Shown here: piece by piece, positions 48,196 to 56,956 of the stretch
Layout of the letters: the number at the start of each line of letters is the position of its first letter
How positions within the stretch are numbered: position 1 is the first letter of the stretch
Translations under genes and position numbers: made by a program
Notes under the pieces: model-generated
Database searches by the model: none
The model's input: the letters and a program-made list of their open reading frames with translations, nothing else
What the model was told of the DNA's origin: nothing
NCBI GenBank assembly: GCA_050014195.1
Contig: JBEKDT010000009.1
Span: 32,001 to 96,000 of the forward strand
Origin: Desulfomonilia bacterium
GTDB lineage: Bacteria; Desulfobacterota; Desulfomonilia; UBA1062
DNA length: 64,000 nucleotides
Direction of reading: 5' to 3'

Positions 48196-49404
48196 ATGGC
48201 AAGTGGAATAAGAGATAAAGTAGCCATCTTGGGTATGGGGTGCTCGAGGTTCGGTGAGCGGTGGAACGACAGCCCTGAAGACCTGATGGTAGAGGCATTC
48301 CAGGAATGCATCGCCGATGCCGGTATTGAAAAGAAGGAGATCCAGGCTGCGTGGATGGGGGTGTGTTTCGATGAGATAAATGTAGGAAAGAGCGCACTAT
48401 CTGCATCGCTCGCCCTGCGTTTGCCCAACATAGCGGTAACCCGTGTCGAGAACTTCTGTGCAAGCGGCACGGAATCCTTCAGAGGAGCGGTCTATGCAGT
48501 TGCCTCCGGAGCCTGCGATATCGCCCTGGCCCTTGGGGTGGAGAAGCTCAAGGATATCGGTTATGGCGGTCTGCCGGAGTTCAGCTCGGCACTCGGCATC
48601 GCCAACTCGCTCTGGTTCCCGAACCTGACGGCACCGGGCGGGTTTGCTCTGCTGGCCACTGGGTATGCGGCAAAATATGGCATTGATATTCAAGAGGTAA
48701 AGAAGGCAATGGCCCATGTCTCAGTCAAGAGCCACGCCAATGGCGCATTGAATCCCAAGGCCCATCTGCGAAGACCGGTCACCGAAGAGCAGGTCTTGCT
48801 CTCACCCATGATCGCGTTTCCTTTGGGGCTCTTTGACTGCTGCGGCGTGAGTGACGGAGCAGCCTGTGCCATTGTGACCACACCCGAGATCGCCAAATCC
48901 CTCGGCAAAAAGGACATCATCTCGGTCAAAGCGCTCCAATTGGCGCTCAGCAATGGAACCGAGTTGTGTTTCAACGACTGGGATGGTGCCCACTTCATTA
49001 CCACAACCAAGGCAAGCACGGCTGCTTACAATGAGGCAGGTATCAAGAACCCCAGGGAGGAGATCAACATGATGGAGGTGCACGACTGCTTCTCCATCAC
49101 CGAACTCGTTACCATGGAAGACCTCCACATCTCCGAACGGGGCAAGGCACCCAAGGATATCATGGACGGCTTCTTCGACCGTGACGGCAAGATCCCATGC
49201 CAGATCGACGGCGGCCTCAAGTGCTTCGGCCACCCAATCGGTGCATCGGGCTTAAGGATGCTCTACGAGATGTATCTCCAGCTTTTGGGCCGTGCGGAAC
49301 AGAGGCAGCTCAAGAACCCGAGATATGGCCTTACCCATAATCTTGGGGGGTTCCCCATGATGAATATCTGCAGCATTGCCATTGTTGGCAGATATGGAAA
49401 TTAG
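48196..49404 (+). CDS. SCPx-type thiolase (acetyl-CoA acyltransferase)
   Basis: VENFCASG, DCCGVSDGAA, EVHDCFS, GHPIGASG, HNLGG. Confidence 0.92.
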   Translation: MASGIRDKVAILGMGCSRFGERWNDSPEDLMVEAFQECIADAGIEKKEIQAAWMGVCFDEINVGKSALSASLALRLPNIAVTRVENFCASGTESFRGAVYAVASGACDIALALGVEKLKDIGYGGLPEFSSALGIANSLWFPNLTAPGGFALLATGYAAKYGIDIQEVKKAMAHVSVKSHANGALNPKAHLRRPVTEEQVLLSPMIAFPLGLFDCCGVSDGAACAIVTTPEIAKSLGKKDIISVKALQLALSNGTELCFNDWDGAHFITTTKASTAAYNEAGIKNPREEINMMEVHDCFSITELVTMEDLHISERGKAPKDIMDGFFDRDGKIPCQIDGGLKCFGHPIGASGLRMLYEMYLQLLGRAEQRQLKNPRYGLTHNLGGFPMMNICSIAIVGRYGN

Positions 49405-49415
49405 GAGGTTAAGCC

Positions 49416-49865
49416 ATGGCAGATCATTCCAAGGTCGGGAAAGAATATGCTGCGGTCCAGTGGGAAGTGGAGCGTGGCAAGATCCGGGAGCTTGCGAGGG
49501 CCATAGGTGACCCTGATCCCATCTACGTCAGCAAGGAAGCCGCTATAAAGGAGGGGTACAAGGATTCTCCGGCATCGGCCACATTCCTCACCGTGCCCAT
49601 GATGTGGTCATCATCCATGCCAGTGGTGATCACGGACCTGGCCATCAACTTTGCGATGTTGCTGCATGGAGAGGAAGAATATGAATACTACCAGGAGATC
49701 TATCCCGGCGATGTCATCACTGCATCGCCCAAGGTGGCGGCCATCGAAGAGAAGACCAGCAAGTCGGGAAAGAAGATGGACATGGTGACTATCGAGCTTC
49801 TCTATGTAAATCAGCGGGGCGAGAAGGTTGCAAAGGCCAAGTCGCTCCTCGTAGAGAGAAAGTAG
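49416..49865 (+). CDS. MaoC-like dehydratase partner subunit (HadA-like)
   Basis: VERGKIRE.ARAIGD..PIY, LLHGEEEYEY; lacks the D-x4-H catalytic His. Confidence 0.8.
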   Translation: MADHSKVGKEYAAVQWEVERGKIRELARAIGDPDPIYVSKEAAIKEGYKDSPASATFLTVPMMWSSSMPVVITDLAINFAMLLHGEEEYEYYQEIYPGDVITASPKVAAIEEKTSKSGKKMDMVTIELLYVNQRGEKVAKAKSLLVERK

Positions 49866-49874
49866 GAGGACACT

Positions 49875-50309
49875 ATGGCGAAAGAGATTTACTTTGAAGA
49901 TGTCGCAATCGGTACAGAGATGCCCAAGCTCGTCAAGAGCCCCCTGCAGAAGCTCAATCATGTCATCTATGCCGGGGCCTCGGGTGACTTCAATCCGCTG
50001 CACACCGACGATGATTTTGCAAAGGCAGTGGGGATGAAGGATGGGATGATCACCCATGGCATGCTTGTCATGGGATTTGTCGGGCAGGCTGTCACGAACT
50101 GGATACCCAAGAAAAACCTCAAACGGTTCGGGGTGAGATTTGCCGGCATGACCAAGCCGGGTAACACCATCACCGTTATTGGAAAGGTTATAGACAAAAA
50201 GAGCCAAGGTGGTGTTAACCTTATCACCTGCGAGGTTACTGCTGTAGATGAAACAGGAGATGTGAAAGTAACGGGGAGTTTTGACGCGGCCCTTCCGACA
50301 AAGGGCTGA
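49875..50309 (+). CDS. MaoC family (R)-hydratase catalytic subunit (HadB-like)
   Basis: YAGASGDFNPLH, ITHGML. Confidence 0.88.
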   Translation: MAKEIYFEDVAIGTEMPKLVKSPLQKLNHVIYAGASGDFNPLHTDDDFAKAVGMKDGMITHGMLVMGFVGQAVTNWIPKKNLKRFGVRFAGMTKPGNTITVIGKVIDKKSQGGVNLITCEVTAVDETGDVKVTGSFDAALPTKG

Positions 50310-50338
50310 TTTCAAGCATACTTCAGGAGGATAAAGAT

Positions 50339-51247
50339 ATGGCGAAGATCGATTTTTCAGGAAGGGTCGCAATAGTAACCGGTGCCGGTGCAGGCCTGGG
50401 GAGGCAGTATGCCCTTGAGCTTGCGAAACGGGGTGCCAAGATCGTGGTGAACGACCTCGGGGGCAGCCGTGACGGTGTGGGTCATAGCGATGCTGCGGCG
50501 AACAAGGTTGTGGATGAGATCAAGGCTTTTGGCGGCCAGGCTGTTCCGAACTATGACAACGTAGCCACTGCCCAGGGTGGTGAGAACATCACCAAGACCG
50601 CCGTGGAGGCCTTCGGCAAGGTGGACATTCTCATCAACAATGCAGGGATCTTGAGGGACAAGACCTTCAACAAGATGGAAGAGGAGAATTGGGATACGGT
50701 CATGGCCGTACATTTAAGGGGTGCATACTGCGTGTCCAAGCCGGCCTTCGTGAATATGAGGGAGAACGGTTATGGCAGGATCATCATGACCACATCGGGC
50801 GCAGGCCTGTTCGGCAACTTCGGGCAGAGTAACTACGCTTCCGCCAAGATGGGACTTGTCGGGCTCACCAACGTGCTCAAGCTTGAAGGTGCCAAGTACA
50901 ATATCAAGACCAATGTGATCGTCCCTGTGGCCGCTTCCCGCCTTACCGAGGATGTTCTGCCTCCGCAGCTCTTTGAAAAGATGAAGCCCGATTTCATTAC
51001 ACCGGCGGTGCTCTATATGTGTTCAGAACAGTGCCAGGACTCAGGCATGATCATCAATGCGACACTGGGCTACTACAGCCGCTCTGCAGTGGTGACCGGC
51101 CCCGGGACTTTCCTCTCCGACGGCCATAGGGTGCCGGAGCCCGAAGAAATCATGGAGGCCTGGAGCAAGATCAAGAGCCTTGAGAACCCGAAATATTTCG
51201 ATCAGCTCCCGGAGATGTTCGCCGTTCTGGGGCCGCTGCTTCAGTAG
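50339..51247 (+). CDS. SDR dehydrogenase similar to the MFE-2 (R)-3-hydroxyacyl-CoA dehydrogenase domain
   Basis: TGAGAGLGR.YAL, VVNDLGG, NNAGILRD, GNFGQSNYASAK. Confidence 0.88.
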   Translation: MAKIDFSGRVAIVTGAGAGLGRQYALELAKRGAKIVVNDLGGSRDGVGHSDAAANKVVDEIKAFGGQAVPNYDNVATAQGGENITKTAVEAFGKVDILINNAGILRDKTFNKMEEENWDTVMAVHLRGAYCVSKPAFVNMRENGYGRIIMTTSGAGLFGNFGQSNYASAKMGLVGLTNVLKLEGAKYNIKTNVIVPVAASRLTEDVLPPQLFEKMKPDFITPAVLYMCSEQCQDSGMIINATLGYYSRSAVVTGPGTFLSDGHRVPEPEEIMEAWSKIKSLENPKYFDQLPEMFAVLGPLLQ

Positions 51248-51289
51248 ATACTATTTATATGGATTGAGGATTTTCTCTTAAAAAAGGGA

Positions 51290-51718
51290 CCCCTCACCCC
51301 AACCCTCTCCCCATAATAAATGGGGAGAGGGGATGAAAGCACCAGGAAACAACCAGAAAGATGCCCCTTTCCACCTTCCGAGGCTGTTTCGTAATAATCC
51401 GAGTGCAGCATAATTCCATTTCTAAATCAAAGATGATATCGAGGAGGCAAGGAAGAGGCGACGCAGGCGTACTTTAATCGTACGTCGAGGAGACGATGAC
51501 GAAGCCGACAAAGATAGCGCTCTGATTGAGAATTGGAATAACAGGCTATATGCGCTGTTATCCGTAGATAAAACTTGTCACAAACTATGCGATTCAGGCT
51601 CCCCTCTCCACCTTCTAGGGGGAGTGACTCGGGACATCCATGTCCCTCGCCCTTCGGGCGTACGTGAAGTACTTCCATTTCTGCTGTCCTGCAGAAATGT
51701 GGGCCGGGGCGAGGGGAC
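51290..51718. repeat. Cluster of nested palindromic repeats / MITE-like elements
   Basis: CCCTCACCCCAACCCTCTCCCCA..TGGGGAGAGGG hairpin; two CCCCTYTCCACCTTC starts (51364, 51601), each followed by a different palindromic insert. Confidence 0.6.
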
Positions 51719-51770
51719 ACTATTTCTATTCAACTTCGTTTATGAGAAATTATTCCGTACGGATCGGGTA

Positions 51771-52457
51771 TTAAGAACGGCTCACACGGAGGAACCATAC
51801 TTCGTATTCCCTGGGCAGGAAAAGGGCGCATGACGCCTCCTCTACGGCTCCAACCGTAATGACATAACGAGAGTTCCTGGAAAGTTTCTTTTTCATCCCT
51901 GTCTCAGCAGGGAATTTTTCTCTATTCGTGCCGTTGATCTCGATGATCGAGGGGGTATGTGAATGACCGCGAAAGAGGATCTTATAGGGCAGGATCGCTT
52001 TTATGTCTATGAGGGGGTGGTTATCCGTGATGGGCCAGCTTGTCGCGGCGGGCCAGTTAAAAGGTGCGGAATGGGCAAAGCATATCTCACCCAGGGTGAT
52101 GGTGTAAGGCATGTCTGAAAGGAATGAGAGGATCTCGGGAGAGATGCTGTTTGCATGTGGGCCTATGTGATTGGTCAGGATGGCATATTCATTATTGCCT
52201 TTGACTGACCTTACCTTATGCTCTTTCAGGATCGCCACGGCATCTTCCAGGGCAAGTGGGGCCAGCGAATCGCAGATATCGCCAAGATGGATGATGCTCT
52301 CAGCCCCAAGATCCTTGAGCATAAGGATCGTATCATTGAGGAGGTCGTTCCTGCCGTGGCTGTCCGCAACAAGCCCAATGGGTCCGTCTATGTCGGGTTC
52401 CATTCGGTCAGGCATAGTGCAAAGCCTTTGTGTTTGCAAGGGAGAATGCTGGACCAC
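51771..52457 (-). CDS. Metallophosphoesterase (calcineurin-like, YfcE type)
   Basis: ADSHG, HLGD, KGNNE, FAH, GHSH; start uncertain. Confidence 0.85.
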   Translation of the reverse strand: MVQHSPLQTQRLCTMPDRMEPDIDGPIGLVADSHGRNDLLNDTILMLKDLGAESIIHLGDICDSLAPLALEDAVAILKEHKVRSVKGNNEYAILTNHIGPHANSISPEILSFLSDMPYTITLGEICFAHSAPFNWPAATSWPITDNHPLIDIKAILPYKILFRGHSHTPSIIEINGTNREKFPAETGMKKKLSRNSRYVITVGAVEEASCALFLPREYEVWFLRVSRS

Positions 52458-52545
52458 CCTATGAGTGCCTTGACAGGGCGACCCCCGCTCATGTATTAAA
52501 GGTTAAAGTGAAACTTTAATATATACCTTCCTAAGGGGGACACAT

Positions 52546-54039
52546 ATGCCCGATTATGATGCGGTTGTCATCGGGGCAGGCAACGGCGGTTTGACAGCGG
52601 CACTCACCCTTGCCAGGGCTGGTCGTAAGGTTCTTCTCCTTGAAAGGCACAATGTTCCAGGCGGATGCGCCACGAGCTTTGTTAGGGGTCGGTTCGAGTT
52701 CGAGGTAGCCCTCCACCAGCTCAGCGGCATGGGCTCTGCTGAAAAGCCCGGGCCCTTGAGATCGATCCTTGGGGAGATGGGTGTCCTGGAAAAGCTCGAA
52801 TTCGTGGAGATGGAAAACCTCTATAGGGTTGTCTTTCCGGGCACCTTTGACATCACCCTGAAGACCAATCGTGAAGAAATCATCAAAGAGCTCGCCAAGA
52901 GGTTTCCCAAGGAGAGCGATGCCATCAAGAGGTTCTTTGATTTTCTCTACGAATTCAGCATGCAGCTCATACAAGGGCTCTTTTTCCACGACCCGAATAT
53001 CTCGAAAGAGAAATACCCTCTCTATTTCAAGTATGCACTCAAGAACACCCAGGACGTCCTGGATGAATACCTTGAGAACCCCATGTTGAAGGCCGTCTTA
53101 AGCGTTTATTGGGGGTATGTCGGGGTCCCTCCCAGCAAATTGCCCTTTGGTGAATTCGCCATCATGCTGTTCGCCTATATCGAGTTCAAGCCCTACCATT
53201 TGAAGGGCGGCTCCCAGGCTCTCTCCAATGCCCTGCTCGATGGGTTCCTGCAGGCAGGGGGAGAGGTGCGCTTTAACTGCGGGGCAAAAAAGATCCTGGT
53301 CAAGAACGGCATGGTCACGGGAGTCATGACAGAGGATGGGGACATGGTAAATGCGAATTATGTGGTCTCCAATGCGAGCACGATAAGCACCTTTGCCGAG
53401 CTCATAGACCGGGAAGAAGTCCCAAACAGCCAGATGGAGATGATGAAGAGCTACACCATCGGACCCTCTGCATTCACGGTCTATGCTGGCCTCGATTGCG
53501 AGCCTGGTGAGCTCGGTATTCACGAGACGACGAACTTCATCACCACTACCTTGGATATGGACAGGGCCTTCGCCACATGGAATACCATGGAACAACAAGG
53601 GTGGGCTCTGCTCACCTGCTATGACGTGTCTGATCCCGACTTCTCACCCCCGGGCACCTGCCAGGCAGCCATTGTTGCACTCCAGTATGCTGAACCCTGG
53701 TACCGGGTTCAGCCTCACCAGTACGCAGATGCCAAGTACCGCTATGCCGAAGGCCTCCTCAAGTTGGCAGAGAGGGTATTCCCGGGGTTTGGCAGCCACA
53801 TCGAGGAGGCCGAGGCCGCTACGCCCTTGACCCATATGCGCTACCTCGGCCACCCCGGGGGGGCTATCTACGGTTTCGATCAGTTCGCCAAGGATTCCAC
53901 CCTCTTTATAACGAGCAAATCCCCCATCAAAGGGCTCTATCTCGCAGGCGCTTGGGTGGGGAGCGGGGGGTTCCAGCCGACCTTGACATCAGGCAGGTCT
54001 GCGGCACGGTCTATTCTCAAAGACATGAGAAAGCACTAA
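52546..54039 (+). CDS. FAD-dependent oxidoreductase, phytoene desaturase / retinol saturase family
   Basis: VIGAGNGGL, ERHNVPGG, GGSQALSNAL, ATPLT..RY, GAIYG, GLYLAG. Confidence 0.85.
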   Translation: MPDYDAVVIGAGNGGLTAALTLARAGRKVLLLERHNVPGGCATSFVRGRFEFEVALHQLSGMGSAEKPGPLRSILGEMGVLEKLEFVEMENLYRVVFPGTFDITLKTNREEIIKELAKRFPKESDAIKRFFDFLYEFSMQLIQGLFFHDPNISKEKYPLYFKYALKNTQDVLDEYLENPMLKAVLSVYWGYVGVPPSKLPFGEFAIMLFAYIEFKPYHLKGGSQALSNALLDGFLQAGGEVRFNCGAKKILVKNGMVTGVMTEDGDMVNANYVVSNASTISTFAELIDREEVPNSQMEMMKSYTIGPSAFTVYAGLDCEPGELGIHETTNFITTTLDMDRAFATWNTMEQQGWALLTCYDVSDPDFSPPGTCQAAIVALQYAEPWYRVQPHQYADAKYRYAEGLLKLAERVFPGFGSHIEEAEAATPLTHMRYLGHPGGAIYGFDQFAKDSTLFITSKSPIKGLYLAGAWVGSGGFQPTLTSGRSAARSILKDMRKH

Positions 54040-54052
54040 AGGGGAGGCTGTC

Positions 54053-55213
54053 ATGGCATTGAAGGATGTATTGAAAGACATCGAGGGATACCAGGAGATC
54101 CAACACGAGATAGAGATCCTCAAGAAATATGGGACGGATTATACTTCTCAGAAAGGTATAGTGGAACAGGTTATCGAGGGTCTTCATCCCAAAAAGATAC
54201 GGATAAGAGTCTCGGAGGTATGGCAGGAAACGAAATCCACCAAGACGTTGCGTTTTGTTGCAAAAGACGGCTTTCTTCCTCCCTTCCAGGCCGGCCAGTA
54301 CATCAACATCTTCGTGGATGCAGGAGATATTCGTACAAGCAGAGCCTACAGCATCTCTTCCTCGCCGACCCAGCTCGGATATTATGATATCACCATACGC
54401 AGTGTTGAAGACGGTTTCGTCTCGAGCTATTTCCTTGATGAAACTAGGGTGGGCGATGAATTCGAGAGCACATCGCCATCAGGATATTTCTGCTACAATC
54501 CTCTCTTCCACGGGGAAGACCTCGTGTTCCTGGCCGGGGGTAGCGGCATCACCCCCTTCATGAGCATGATCAGGGAGGTGGCAGAGCGAGGACTTTCACG
54601 GCGTATCAACCTGATTTATGGAAGCCGGGACCCTGAAGATGTGATCTTTCATGATAAGCTCAAGGAGATAACAGGAAGACACAAGAACATCACTCTCAAC
54701 TTGGTTATCTCGAACCCACCGAAAGGATATGTCGGGCGCCCGGGTTTCATCACCGCTGGGCTCATAAAGGATGTGATTGGGGATATCTCATCAAAGACAT
54801 TCTATATCTGCGGGCCTGAGGTTATGTATGACTTTTGTCTGAAGGAGCTGGCCAAGCTCGGCATCAAGAAAAGGAGTATCCGCACCGAGGTCTACGGACC
54901 ACCCAAGGATGTGACTATGCAGCCCGGCTGGCCGGAAGGAATCAAGCCGGATACACTCTTCACGATCAGGCTGAAGGGGGGCAAGACAATTCAGGCAAAG
55001 GCATCAGAGCCGCTTATGATCTCATTGGAAAGAAATGGGGTTACGATACCTGCGCTCTGCAGATCTGGCGAATGCAGCCTGTGCCGAACCAAGATGCTTG
55101 TCGGAAAGGTATTTCAGCCTGAGGGTGTCAAGCTGAGAAAATCCGATAGGACCTTCGGTTATATCCACCCGTGCATGGCGTATCCTCTGTCTGACCTGGA
55201 TATCCTTCTATGA
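54053..55213 (+). CDS. Ferredoxin-NAD(P)+ reductase-like protein with C-terminal 2Fe-2S domain
   Basis: FQAGQY, RAYSISS, AGGSGITPF, YICGP, CRSGECSLC...C. Confidence 0.9.
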   Translation: MALKDVLKDIEGYQEIQHEIEILKKYGTDYTSQKGIVEQVIEGLHPKKIRIRVSEVWQETKSTKTLRFVAKDGFLPPFQAGQYINIFVDAGDIRTSRAYSISSSPTQLGYYDITIRSVEDGFVSSYFLDETRVGDEFESTSPSGYFCYNPLFHGEDLVFLAGGSGITPFMSMIREVAERGLSRRINLIYGSRDPEDVIFHDKLKEITGRHKNITLNLVISNPPKGYVGRPGFITAGLIKDVIGDISSKTFYICGPEVMYDFCLKELAKLGIKKRSIRTEVYGPPKDVTMQPGWPEGIKPDTLFTIRLKGGKTIQAKASEPLMISLERNGVTIPALCRSGECSLCRTKMLVGKVFQPEGVKLRKSDRTFGYIHPCMAYPLSDLDILL

Positions 55214-55465
55214 TCTCTCTGTAATAATCAAAACACAGATGTTTCAGTATTGAGCGGCCTGAGTGATCCGGCCACTCTTCTGTATTCTGTCAGGCTCATA
55301 GCCTTCCATCATGTCTTCTCTGAACCAAGGTGGTCTTGATTTGTATGGGACTATGAGATAATGATGAAAGATCTGCGATGTGGTGGCCATTCTTCGATAA
55401 AATCATAACGGCTTATTCACCACTAATGGCGGAGCTTTGCTAAATTAACCGGAGGTTATTTTCTT

Positions 55466-56620
55466 ATGCAGTTCATCGACCTAAATGAGCAGCAGAAACG
55501 GATCCATGGGAAGATCATGGAGAACATATCAAGTGTGCTGAAACATGGCCAGTATATCATGGGGCCAGAGATAAAGGAGCTTGAAAAGAAGCTCGGAGGT
55601 TTTACGGGGACGAAGCATGCCGTTGCATGCGCATCCGGTACCGATGCCCTTCTCATGGCACTGATGGCTTATGGTGTCGGCCCTGGTGATGCCATATTCA
55701 CTACGCCGTTCACCTTTGTAGCCACTGCAGAGGTCATCTCATTGCTTGGTGCAACGCCCGTATTTGTGGACATAGAACCGGATACCTACAACATCGATCC
55801 TGATAAGCTTGATGATGCAATATCAGCCCTTGAATCACGTGATCCGAAGCGGCATCCCTTACCAAAAGGATTCGAGAAGCTCACACCCAAAGGGATTATA
55901 GCAGTTGACCTTTTCGGCCAGAGCGCAGATTACAAGCGCATCAATGCCATCGCGCACAACAAGGGGATGTTTGTCATTGAAGATGCGGCCCAGTCATTCG
56001 GGGCTGAATATCATGGGTCCAAGGCATGCTCTTTGGCCGATGTCGCTGCCACCTCATTCTTCCCTGCCAAACCTCTTGGTTGTTATGGAGACGGAGGGAT
56101 GATCTTTACCAATAACGATGATCTTGCTGCAAGGCTTGATTCCATTCGGGTCCACGGCAAGGGATCGGATAAGTATGACAATATCAGGATCGGGATCAAT
56201 GGGAGGTGTGACACCCTCCAGGCAGCGATCCTGCTTGCAAAGTTAGAAATCTTCCCCGAAGAGATCGAATTGCGGCAGGATGTAGCACTCAGGTATAACA
56301 GCATGTTCAGTGCTTCAGATAAGCTCACATACCCAAAGGTCAGGCCGGGGTATAAAAGCGTGTGGGCCCAGTATTCCGTTGTCTCCGAACAGAGAGAGAT
56401 AATCCTTGATGCCCTGAAGAAAGAGAAGATACCAAGCGCCATCTATTACCCGAAGCCCCTTCATGTGCAGACTGCCTATTCCTATCTCGGGTATGGACCT
56501 GGCTCATTCTCCGCCTCAGAGAAGGCGGCGGAGACAATATTCTCTCTGCCCATGCATCCGTACCTGAGCGAGCAGGACCAGCAACACATCGCTGAAGTCA
56601 TTATCAAGGCTGTAGAGTAG
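55466..56620 (+). CDS. DegT/DnrJ family aminotransferase (WbpE-like)
   Basis: MQFIDL, SGTDAL, IEDAAQSFG, SFFPAKPLGCYGDGG, SLPMHPY. Confidence 0.92.
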   Translation: MQFIDLNEQQKRIHGKIMENISSVLKHGQYIMGPEIKELEKKLGGFTGTKHAVACASGTDALLMALMAYGVGPGDAIFTTPFTFVATAEVISLLGATPVFVDIEPDTYNIDPDKLDDAISALESRDPKRHPLPKGFEKLTPKGIIAVDLFGQSADYKRINAIAHNKGMFVIEDAAQSFGAEYHGSKACSLADVAATSFFPAKPLGCYGDGGMIFTNNDDLAARLDSIRVHGKGSDKYDNIRIGINGRCDTLQAAILLAKLEIFPEEIELRQDVALRYNSMFSASDKLTYPKVRPGYKSVWAQYSVVSEQREIILDALKKEKIPSAIYYPKPLHVQTAYSYLGYGPGSFSASEKAAETIFSLPMHPYLSEQDQQHIAEVIIKAVE

Positions 56621-56661
56621 AAGTTTTAGGTTTTAAGGTTAAAGTTTATATATTTAAGATG

Positions 56662-56773
56662 CAATTGCAAAACTCACCAAGGTGTCGCCCCCGCGAAAGC
56701 GGGGGTCCAGAAGTTCTTGAAAAAACTGGATTCCCGCTTCCGCGGGAATGACAATCTCAGATTATTGCAATTG
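56662..56773. repeat. MITE-like element containing an inverted REP pair
   Basis: Ends CAATTGCAA/TTGCAATTG; arms TGTCGCCCCCGCGAAAGCGGGGGTCCAG (56683-56710) and CTGGATTCCCGCTTCCGCGGGAATGACA (56726-56753). Confidence 0.72.
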
Positions 56774-56799
56774 GTACATAATTTTAAATTTTTTTAACC

Positions 56800-56947
56800 A
56801 TGGCGTATCATTCTTTTGAAGATTTGGAGAGATGAACTGAAAAAAGAGATCATAGAAATATCTTCCATGTTGCAATCGCTCATAAGATCCTTAAAGAGCA
56901 CCACCATCGGGAGATCTAAGACTTCAAACTTAAAACCTAAAACTTAA
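56800..56947 (+). pseudogene. Internally deleted four-helix-bundle (TIGR02436-type) gene
   Basis: MAYHSFEDLE then a stop; another frame gives DELKKEIIEISSMLQSLIRSLK; flanked by inverted heptamer-type repeats. Confidence 0.7.
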
Positions 56948-56956
56948 AACTATATA

